From: Octopus sinensis
Lineage: Eukaryota
Direction: 5' to 3'
Length of the DNA stretch: 16,808 nucleotides
Assembly (NCBI RefSeq): GCF_006345805.1
Contig: NW_021825002.1
Span: 1 to 16,808 of the forward strand
Shown here: piece after piece, positions 1 to 9,335 of the stretch
Layout of the letters: each line of letters opens with the position of its first letter
Numbering within the stretch: the first letter of the stretch is position 1
The notes under the pieces: model-generated
The model's input: only the letters and a program-made list of their open reading frames with translations
Databases searched by the model: none
What the model was told of the DNA's origin: nothing
Translations under genes and position numbers: made by a program

Positions 1-192
1 TTATCAATTCTGGGTGGGGGCTGAGTCGATTACATCGATCGCAGTACTCAACTGGTACTTACTTAATCGGCCTCGAATGGATGAAAGGCAAAGTCGACGC
101 CAGTGGTATTTGAACTCAGAAGAGAAAGTCGGAAAAAAATGCCGCTATTCATTTTGTCCGGTGCGGTAACGATTCTGTATACTCGCCGCCTT
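1..192 (-). mobile_element. tRNA-derived SINE, octopod family A, copy 1 (3' end cut by window edge)
   Basis: Shares AGTCGATTACATCGA (24-38), GGATGAAAGGCAAAGTCGAC (79-98), TTTGAACTCAGA (reverse of the B-box-like segment) and terminal CTCGCCGCCTT with six other copies in the window. Confidence 0.85.
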
Positions 193-213
193 GATACCAA
201 TTTATAACATTAG

Positions 214-401
214 TTTGAAATTTCGGCACCAGGAGCCAATTTCGCGGGAGAGGTAAGTCGATTACATCGACCCCACTCTTCAGCTGGAGCCTATTTTATC
301 GACCCCGACAGGATGAAAGGCAAAGTCGACATCCGCGAAATTTCAACTGAAAACGGAAGCATATTGCCTGGCGTGCTAACGGTTCCATCAGCACCCCGCC
401 T
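214..401 (-). mobile_element. tRNA-derived SINE family A, copy 2
   Basis: AAGTCGATTACATCGACCCC at 255-274; GGATGAAAGGCAAAGTCGAC at 311-330; ends GCACCCCGCCT. Confidence 0.85.
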
Positions 402-424
402 CAAATAGACTTATAATATTGGTA

Positions 425-632
425 TGAAATTTTTGTTCGACGCCAGCAACTTCGGGGGAGGGGGTAAGTCGATTACATTGACCCAAAGTGCTCAACTGGT
501 AATTAGTATTATATCGAACCCTGAAGGATGAAAGGCAAAGTCGACTTCGGTGGAATACGAACTCCGATCATAAAGATGCACGAAATGCCGCATTTCGTCC
601 AGCAGGTTTACGATTCTGTCAGCTCACCGCTT
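425..632 (-). mobile_element. tRNA-derived SINE family A, copy 3
   Basis: AAGTCGATTACATTGACCC from 466; GGATGAAAGGCAAAGTCGAC at 526-545; ends AGCTCACCGCTT. Confidence 0.85.
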
Positions 633-663
633 TAAATTAATCTATATCTTAAACTGGCGTTGT

Positions 664-762
664 TTGTACACACACTCACACACACGCATACACACGCACG
701 CACGCAAACACATTAGTACTTCGATGTATGTATGTATGTATGTATGTGTATGTATGTATGTA
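664..762. repeat. Compound microsatellite (CA)n/(CACG)n then (TATG)n
   Basis: Directly visible tandem units. Confidence 0.95.
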
Positions 763-763
763 A

Positions 764-966
764 AGCTGGCAGAAACGTTAGCACGCAGCACGAAATGCTT
801 AACGGTATTTCGTTTGTCTTTACGTTCTGAGTTCAAATTCCGCCGAGGTCGACTTTGCCTTTCATCCTTGAGGCCGAAGAATTACGTACCAGTTATATAC
901 TGGAGTCGATCTAATCGACTGGCCCCTCCCCCCAATATTTTGGCCCTTGTGCCGAGAGTAGAAAGT
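764..966 (+). mobile_element. tRNA-derived SINE family A, copy 4, inverted relative to copies 1-3
   Basis: A-box-like TGGCAGAAACG at 767-777, B-box-like GAGTTCAAATTCC at 829-841, core GTCGACTTTGCCTTTCATCC at 848-867 (exact reverse complement of 526-545), hairpin GTCGAT-CTA-ATCGAC. Confidence 0.9.
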
Positions 967-1125
967 ATATATGTATGTATGTTTTGCATATATATACGTA
1001 TATATATACGTGTTAACATATATATATATATGTATATATAAAAGATAATATACATAATATATATATATGTGCATGCACATATATATGTACATAAACACAC
1101 ATACTCACACATATATATGCATATA
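967..1125. repeat. (TA)n/(CA)n low-complexity tract
   Basis: Directly visible. Confidence 0.9.
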
Positions 1126-1129
1126 TGAG

Positions 1130-1435
1130 TACAGGACGTTACAAACCGTAAACAACATGAAATACGAAAACAAATGAGTTGATACGCAAGCAACGAGATA
1201 AACAAATGAAAAACAGGATAAGTTACATAAAGAACGAGCCTTCATCAGTTGTTGGTTTACCATCTACTCCTCATTTCAAGCATTTAACGACAATATGAGG
1301 CTTCGAAGGAAGTTGCTCCTGAAAAAAAAAAAAAAATAAAATCTGGGCTTTGCGTAGGGTCAATGTTGCTTACAAAAAAACAGGACAGTGGAGACATGCA
1401 AGGAAACTGAACGAAAACAAAAATGGAGAGCCATT
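1130..1435. mobile_element. Probable interspersed octopod repeat (non-autonomous, family unassigned)
   Basis: Unique-looking block flanked by microsatellites. It resembles an abundant Octopus repeat recalled from memory (ACAGGATAAGTTACATAAAGAACG..CTTCATCAGTTGT..ACAGGACAGTGGAGAC). Single copy here, so it cannot be confirmed within the window. Confidence 0.35.
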
Positions 1436-1540
1436 AGAGAGAGAGAGAGAGGAGGGAGGAGAAATGTGAGTGATATAGTCATGCAAATAAACACGATTAG
1501 GCTTGACATATAAACATATAGTTATACACTTAGGATACAC

Positions 1541-1546
1541 ATGCGT

Positions 1547-1611
<65 letters not shown>

Positions 1612-1681
1612 TGTGTGTGTGTGTGTGTGTGTGTTTGTGTGTATGTGTGTATGTGTGTATGTGTATACAGAGAGAGAGAGA
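1541..1681. repeat. Compound microsatellite (TACA)n-(TA)n-(TG)n-(AG)n
   Basis: Directly visible. Confidence 0.95.
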
Positions 1682-2250
1682 GCATAGAGCACGGAATACT
1701 AAAGAGATATTGCATAGATTTTTTAATTCAACAGCTGTTTCTGGAAGTTCAGAATTACATAATAATCATAATTTTCATAATTAGGAAATGTAATATGCAA
1801 AGAAGGTATACAGCAAGTAAAGTCGCATAGAGATATTACCATAAGTCCGGCTACCTTCATCAAGAAAAAAAATTAGCAAAAGTATTTCACATAGTACTGC
1901 GAGAGATTTAAATGTTGAAGTGAAAAGGAAGAAGAAAAATAGAAGGAGAATGTGAGTGGCTTTGTTGGAGGGGGGGGCAACAGAGAGATATAGGAAGAAC
2001 AAAAAGAAATACAAAGAGGAAGGGGAAGTCTGTATAACAGGGAAAGTGAATAAAGGTAGAAGGGGTGAGAGAAAGGGAAGAAGGGAGGGGTTAAGTTAGG
2101 GTAATATGGACTATTGCTGGCTGTAGAGAAAGAAGCGACAAACAATCAAACAAAAGAATGGGGTGGGTTTGCGGACGGAGGGTTTCTGAAATATGGAGAA
2201 AAGTACGAGGAGAATAGAGAAAAAGAAATATATAAATCAGTTTGAGATTA

Positions 2251-3115
2251 AAGCTGGTTATGGAGAAAAAAACAGGAATGAATCCTAGAAATGGGTGGCA
2301 TAGCGGACAGAGCACATATGCTGAGATACAAAGAAATGTACAAGAAGAATAGAGAAGGAGAGATAAAAAGACAAGTGAAGCATTATGCTAGAAGCATAGC
2401 TAAGGGATAAGTTCAGGGTTAATCATGATTGCAAAAGATTATACAGACTTTGCGTAATGAGCAAAAGTGGAATACAATTTCTGCTTACATGAAACGATTA
2501 TGATGACGAATGACAGAGAGCACTTGTATTCTAGGGAATCGCTCGCTGTCCTTCGCCTCTGTGAAACACAACTAGATGCAGAGACTATTAAGGTAATAGT
2601 AGTAGGTAGCTGGCCTTGCAAGTTTGTTTCACCTTGGTCGGTACTTTCACGGGGGGACAAGGTACATTTAGGTCTATTGTATAAGGTTGTATAGGAATGC
2701 CACTAATATTTCAACGTGTCAGCTATGACTTCTTCTTCTACCCTTTTAATCAGGTATCCTTTTCGGCCTATGAGACGTCAATTCACCACACACAGGGATG
2801 ACATTTTTACTGGCCTTGTTTTTATTTGAACCCAGAGAGGCCTAGGTGAGAGACGCACGGTGATACGTAAAATTAGTCCAGGTGAGATTTATCATGATCT
2901 CATTGCTTCGTATTATCGGAAAAATGACAGGCAGATACCACTACACATTACTGGATAGATGTATGGCAAGGATTATCTCTCGGGGTATGTAAACTTCAGA
3001 TGTAAAAAACGTAGCGCAATACCACAAAGCTCTAACGATACAGCGACTCCGCATCCCTTCGGCCCTGTATATCACTCTCGACCAATCGATGGATATTAGT
3101 CAAAAATTGGTCTAT
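2251..3115 (+). pseudogene. Decayed non-LTR retrotransposon (CR1/L2-like LINE) ORF2 fragment: EN-RT linker and N-terminal RT
   Basis: Manual translation across stops and frameshifts gives motifs in the expected order: WLWRKK and YKEMYKKNREGEIKRQVKHYARSIA (linker-like), MMTNDRE, DKVHLGLL at 2656-2679 (cf. DxIHPRLL), PLIFQ at 2700-2714, FRPMR at 2761-2775 (cf. FRPGRS), HRDDIF at 2791-2808, GEIYHDLIASY at 2881-2913, IPQSS at 3019-3033 (cf. VPQGS), FGPV at 3058-3069. No YADD/FADD seen, and the NYRPISL segment appears deleted. Confidence 0.6.
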
Positions 3116-3377
3116 AAAACTCCTCCACTCTCCACCAATTCACTCTTCTACACTAATCCACTGCTCTCTACCAATCCCCTGCTTTACGCTTATCCCCTTG
3201 TCACTGCTTCCCACCAATCTTCATCCTGCAATGTTTTTTATTAGCAAAACATAAACTCCATCTAAATGGAATCCGTTATTCAATTATTTGCGTCTGTGTT
3301 TATTTCGCAGAAATAAAATGTCCGTCACAGTACAATACAAAGAAAAGTGGTTAAGCACACACTCACAAACGCTATTA

Positions 3378-3380
3378 TAC

Positions 3381-3416
<36 letters not shown>

Positions 3417-3465
3417 TCTGTGTGTGTGTGCGCCTGTATGTATATATGTATATATTATATGTATA

Positions 3466-3560
<95 letters not shown>

Positions 3561-3570
3561 TATAATATTA
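3378..3570. repeat. (TA)n/(TG)n microsatellite
   Basis: Directly visible; long (TA)n at about 3472-3552. Confidence 0.95.
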
Positions 3571-3616
3571 CGTATTACATACATGGAAAGAAAAATATAT
3601 AGAAAGATTGACTGAG

Positions 3617-3773
<157 letters not shown>

Positions 3774-4794
3774 AGAAAAGAGACAAAGAGAAAGTAGGAG
3801 ATAATGAGCGTACCACTTCCCCCAAAGAATGAAAGAACTGAAAAGCTACACACAGAGTGACGAATATGTTACACACGGACGCAACAATAAACATTAAGAG
3901 GCACACACAAATGTTAATACACACACATTTGACACTGATGTATATACTTAGAAAGAGCTGTTTTGGCTTGCAAGTTACTTGAAGTGAACTCGTTTGTAAA
4001 AACATATTTTTAATTTGGGTGGGTCATTACATCAACAATAGACACACGAAGTGGTTCTATTTTGATCCTGTATTTATAAATATCAAATGGTTAACCATTT
4101 AACCAGTAAACCAATCGATTGTTTGATCAAGCGTTCGGTCAATAAATCAATCAGTCTATCAGAGTGATTTCGTGCCCATTCGCCAGTTTATCGATGTCTT
4201 GACTGCTTCTACTGCATGATCGATTTGACAGAGAGAGATTGTTGATATCGTAAAATAAATCGATGATTACGTTGTTATAATCGTTATGAGAAAAGGGTTT
4301 ACGAACGGTATCAAGAAAGTGATTTCAGGATTTTAAAAGACTACTGCAGTTGCTTTTGTTGTTCGTGACCACTGGTAAGCTCTAATCAAGGACACTTATA
4401 CAGCAAAAATGATTCCAGTCATGACCCTTCCTTCGTTCGTATTTTTTCAGTCACACTGTGTCAATAATTACTTCATCCATCGTATCCTTCTTTCTTGTAA
4501 GATGTTACAATGTATTTTGAGCGCAATATGGTGGTTCTTGCTAAAAATTCAATCATGATACCAATACTTTCGCTGATTCCAGTTCTTCTGGTTTATTCCT
4601 TTCTTTCACATTTATTATTTTCTGGTTTATATTCAAAGGAATAAAGTCAAGCAACCTTAAAACTTTTCTAAGATCTCCGCCGCTTGTTGAAGGAAAACAA
4701 TATCGACTAAAGAACCTTGCAGAAGGCGTGTTACGCAGCTAAGAACATTCACGTGGAGATTTTAAATATGCTGGCCAATTAAGTCAACCATTAA

Positions 4795-4925
4795 TGGTGA
4801 AGGTTCACGCAGTTTCTCGCCAGCAAACTTCACTGGAAATTGCTTGCTCGACACACTCAATGCTCTACGTACTTCAATCGAACCGGGGACCTCATGGTTC
4901 AGTTTCGAACCGATCTCTTTAGCAA
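4795..4925 (-). mobile_element. Diverged tRNA-head SINE fragment (family B-like)
   Basis: Minus strand reads AACCATGAGGTCCCCGGTTCGATT (B-box-like GGTTCGATT) then ..GAAACTGCGTGAACC, comparable to ACCACATGGTTC..GTTCAGTCCC..AACTGAAAGAAGCCC in the copy at 14221-14680. Confidence 0.45.
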
Positions 4926-5319
4926 CGGAAACATTTGATGAGATATACCACAATAATTTCAAGTAATTCTGAGACACAAACATCATATTTCTTTAATCGA
5001 TTTATAAATAGGTTAACACCAAGAGATCAACAACTGGAATTTTTTTTTTATACCGCATCTGGCGCCATCTACACAGCTTACATTCTATTTGTATTGAGCT
5101 TTTTCGTATCTTATGGAGCTGCCAAATCCATAGAGGGAAACGGTTGTTCCATAAGGAATATATCAACAAGTACAAAAATGGTTTGTTTTTGCTTTAAATT
5201 TTGTGAATAATAATTACTGAATAAATAAATACAAGAATGAAATATAAATAGTTAAAAATCGAAATTACAACAGAAAATTCAGTTGTTTTAGAGAATTGGA
5301 TGGAAGACCCGTATGCCTG

Positions 5320-5410
5320 TAGTAGGAGTTGTATATAAACGACGTCCCATATACCTTTCGTCCCTCCGATCTTCAGAATTATAGTACCAGTCAGTACTTG
5401 GGTCGAAGGC
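5320..5410 (+). mobile_element. Old diverged fragment of SINE family A core
   Basis: CCTTTCGTCCCTCCGA..AGTACCAGTCAGTACTTGGGTCGA (5354-5407) aligns with CCTTTCATCC..GTACCAGTT..CTGG(G)GTCGA of the other copies. Confidence 0.5.
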
Positions 5411-5564
5411 TTTTGACGTGAGTGTGTTTGTATACAGACACACATACACACACATACCCCACACACATCTTTATATATTATGTACATATATATGTATTTA
5501 TACATAGAAATATATAAATATGCATATAGGACTAAACGGAATAGGAGGTGATACGTGGGATGGA

Positions 5565-5613
5565 AGAGTCGCTGAAGAGGTCACATGTGTGTGGTGAAAG
5601 ATTTCCAGACACT
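5565..5613 (+). ncRNA. Degenerate type I hammerhead ribozyme-like motif
   Basis: CTGAAGA at 5572-5578, extra G, stem II GTCACA/TGTGGT with wobbles, GAAA at 5596-5599, UUC triplet at 5603-5605, imperfect stem I (AGAGTCG with CAGACACT), AATAAA at 5632-5637. Confidence 0.3.
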
Positions 5614-5782
5614 GGACTTAGGATAAGATAAAATAAAAACAATGAAAACAAGTGAAGAACGAATATATAGTGCGTGTGTTTATGTGGCATGAAAAAAAAC
5701 GACCGTCCCGAAATATAGCGATATTTGTTTCAGCATACGATTCCGTATCAGGAGTCATGCGAAGCAAATTCATAGACGCACG

Positions 5783-5885
5783 CCCACATACACACATATT
5801 TATATATATACACGCACACACGCACACATACGCTAACACATACACTATACTTGTATATACACACAATATATATATATGTATATGT

Positions 5886-5920
<35 letters not shown>

Positions 5921-6029
5921 GATATACATATACATATATATATATATACGCACACACAAAAACGCAGACATATCTACATCTATCTATCTATATTATATAT
6001 GTATATATACACACATATATACATGTATA

Positions 6030-6088
<59 letters not shown>

Positions 6089-6098
6089 CATACATAAC

Positions 6099-6137
<39 letters not shown>
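5783..6137. repeat. (CA)n/(TA)n compound microsatellite
   Basis: Directly visible. Confidence 0.95.
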
Positions 6138-6499
6138 GTTACATATAGTATTCAGTTGAATAGGCGCGACAGAAACCAGTGAGTTGTTCCACTGACCCTT
6201 AGAGCTGCAGAAGATATATCGCAATATCCCCTTTACAAAGTATATTTATAAATTCACAGATGTTTATGTGCGAAACGGTGATACACTTAAGTAGATTGGA
6301 AATATGTATATTGAAGACTTATGAGAGAGTGGGGGATGAGAGTAGGAAAAAAAAGGGTGAGAGAGGCAAAAGTTTGTACTGCAAGACAGCAGAGATGTAC
6401 GTTTATGTTCGTTTACATGCGAATGTTGTGAGGATAATAAAAGGAGTTTGGAGACCATTTATGTAATGTAGAGGACTATTGCGTTAGGTTGTTTGCAAT

Positions 6500-7245
6500 T
6501 TTCTATCCCTGTATCCATATACGTGCATATATATATATACACATATATGCGCATGCATATCCATATGTATATAAATGCGTATATATATATGTATATATAT
6601 ATACACACACACATAAATACATATTATATATATATTATATATACACATAAATACATATATATATATTATACACACATATATATAAAATATATATATATAT
6701 AGTTATATACACGCACACACATATTCATGTAATAAAGTCAGTCTATATCTATCTATCTATCTATCCATCTCTCTCTCTATCTCTCTCTCTTTATATATAT
6801 ATATATACATATACACGCAAACAAGACACATTTCCATATGCACATATGTAAACATATGTTATATTTGTATATATGTATGTATGGATGGATGTATATGTTT
6901 CTTTCCCATATATGTATAGAAACGCACACACAATCACGCACACACGTAAATACACAAGATAAATAAATAGACAGATAGATTGATAAGTAGGCAATATATT
7001 ATATAAAGACATATATATATATATAATAGAATATATATATATATATAATAAATGAAATAGATTATATGCATAAGGTTGTCCATGACTTGGCGCTTGCGTA
7101 TGTGCATATATAGTGTATGTGTGTCTGAGTGTCCGAATATGTATGTGTGTGTTTCTGTTTGTGTCTAGGTTTATGGGTATGCATATGTATGTATATACAT
7201 ACACGTGTGTGTGTGTGCGTATGTGTGTTGTATGTGTGTGTGTGC
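6500..7245. repeat. Extended low-complexity region: (TA)n, (CA)n, (CTAT)n, (CT)n, (TG)n
   Basis: Directly visible, with short unique interruptions. Confidence 0.9.
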
Positions 7246-7568
7246 ATAAAGAGAGCTTTGTGTATATTTATTTGGAATATAAACATGGCAGAATGGCTAT
7301 TTGTACTTAGAAACATTACAACATTACGTTGGAATAACATTAATTTATGGCACGCATTCTGCTTTGTTTTGCCACGCTGAATACGGATCTCCGAAAAATG
7401 TGGATTTTTCACAATACATAATTACAGTTCTTTTATACGCACGGCTTGCTCTGGCACTGAAAAGAGAGAAGAACATCATGGAGCCACACAGATTTTTCGC
7501 CTATATCAGCTGAAGCGTATCTTAGGGAAATTTCCTAAAAACTTTACAGTATGTTGCAAGAGATAAAG

Positions 7569-7619
7569 CATCGAAGAATCATAAAATTCTTTCTATGACG
7601 CCATTATTCGTCAGCAAAG
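7569..7619 (-). ncRNA. Type I hammerhead-like motif with a well-formed stem III
   Basis: Minus strand: CTGACGA (7614-7608), weak stem II, GAAA (7593-7590), stem III GAAT/ATTC with loop TTTATG, CUU triplet (7576-7574), partial stem I. Confidence 0.25.
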
Positions 7620-7819
7620 GCACCAATAATGGCAATTTTTCACTCTTGTACGTCTAGTTTGATTCCACTGGAGGACCAGCAAACTAGATCTGTTCTAACG
7701 AAATATAACTGACCTTCACGTTTTGTTTATAATAAAACTCTTGAGATAGGGTTTCTTGCTGTTGTTTTTGTTGATGTTGTTCTCGTCAATTAGATTTCGT
7801 TGCAGGGATCGATGGTAAG

Positions 7820-8068
7820 ATATATCTACGCGTAGATGCAAAAGTACGTGCATGAATATACACACTTATGTTATATACACATGCACTCACCCGCACACAT
7901 TCACACACACTTAGATACACGCTGAAATATACAGATGTATGATATACATAGGAATAGCGTGTATATCCGTGTGTATATATATAATTATAAATATCTCTCT
8001 CTTTATCATTTATAAATATATATGTATAAACATATGTATGTGCATGCATGTATATATATATATATATA

Positions 8069-8109
<41 letters not shown>

Positions 8110-8122
8110 TAGACAGACAGAC

Positions 8123-8181
<59 letters not shown>

Positions 8182-8400
8182 CAGATAGATAGATCACTAG
8201 TTGAGTTGAATAAGGCGTCACCAATATTTCTTTACGCGTATTTCTTTCTCACTTATATGTGTATGTGTGTATACACACAACACACACACACACACACATA
8301 CACACATATATATATATATATTTGTACATGTACATATATATGTGCATGTATATATCTACATACACACACATGTACACTCGAACATGCGCACACACGCATA
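7820..8400. repeat. Low-complexity region with (TA)n, (AG)n, (GACA)n/(GATA)n and (CA)n
   Basis: Directly visible; GATA array at about 8105-8191. Confidence 0.9.
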
Positions 8401-8559
8401 ATTATAAAACAAGTGTTTTTCATGTTTCAGATTTTCTCTGTATAAGTAGTATAAAGAATATACATTAACAGTTCTGCTATATAAATCTCTTTTCCTCGCT
8501 GATGACGACGTAGTTGCATCGAAACCCTTGAAACCGTATCGATTTGTGGAACATTAATG

Positions 8560-8930
8560 TATATATCTGTAAGTAAATGATGTATGTATATATCTGGTTA
8601 CTTACAAATACTGTAGAGTATAATACAAATTATAGATAAATACGTATGCATACATAGATACATAGATACATAGATACACACATAAATGCATACACACATA
8701 CATACACATATATATTTACATAATACGTATATATATATATTTGTGTGTGTATATATACATACACTATATACATATGTGTATAGTATATATGTAATATACA
8801 TATAAGTATAATGCATCTGAGTATATGTCTATGTATATGTATGTAATATGTATAGTATATTATATATATATATATATAATATATATATATATAACTATAT
8901 ATAATATATACACGATTGTATATTACATAT
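8560..8930. repeat. (TA)n/(TACA)n low-complexity region
   Basis: Directly visible. Confidence 0.9.
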
Positions 8931-9159
8931 GTTATAGGGAGACGTGAAGAGGTAGAGAAGAAAAATGAGGAAAGAAAGACAGACAGAAATGAATGATACA
9001 GCTTGGAGAATAACCTGAGACTTCATGATAAGGCCTTTATCACAGTCATTCGTTTAATTAACCGAAATCGCTAAAACCGGAAATCTAAATTGTTTCTCAG
9101 ACTCTTTTCGCTTGTAGGTTTAAAAGCAATTCTTTGATGGCCTTTCTGTGCATGAACAT

Positions 9160-9335
9160 GTTTATATACATACATACAAACATACGTACAAACATACATA
9201 CGTACATACAAATACAGTTACATACATACATAAAAACATATATTTATATACGAAGAGCAAGCGAGAGAGACAGAGATGTATGCATGTATGTATGTGTATA
9301 TATGTATGTACGTGCGTGCGTGTGTGTGTGTGAGT
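9160..9335. repeat. (CATA)n/(TG)n low-complexity region
   Basis: Directly visible. Confidence 0.85.

Noticed and set aside
1-632. CRISPR-like or tRNA-gene interpretation of the regularly spaced repeats
   Set aside because: The units are about 200-bp SINE copies with Pol III box remnants, there are no unique spacers or cas genes, and no cloverleaf forms.
2062-2101. Possible G-quadruplex with one TTAGGG
   Set aside because: The outer loops are 8-9 nt, and a single telomeric unit in a purine-rich tract is expected by chance.
2467-2694. ORF segments LRLCETQLD (APE endonuclease-like) and TIKVIVVG (small GTPase-like)
   Set aside because: There is no complete motif (no GxxxxGK), and the position within the LINE linker/RT region is incompatible with an endonuclease domain.
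2700-2780. Minus-strand peptide RLIGRKGYLIKRVEEE resembling a KH-domain GxxG motif or a Penelope RT N-terminus
   Set aside because: It is bounded by stops, downstream motifs are wrongly spaced, and the opposite strand has a longer colinear series of LINE RT motifs.
4451-4496. Possible 46-nt exon (TTTTTTCAG..GTAAGA)
   Set aside because: No recognisable peptide or independent support; such site pairs are common in AT-rich DNA.
5340-5378. Minus-strand CTGAAGA..GAAA
   Set aside because: It lies in a diverged SINE core and has no stem I or III.
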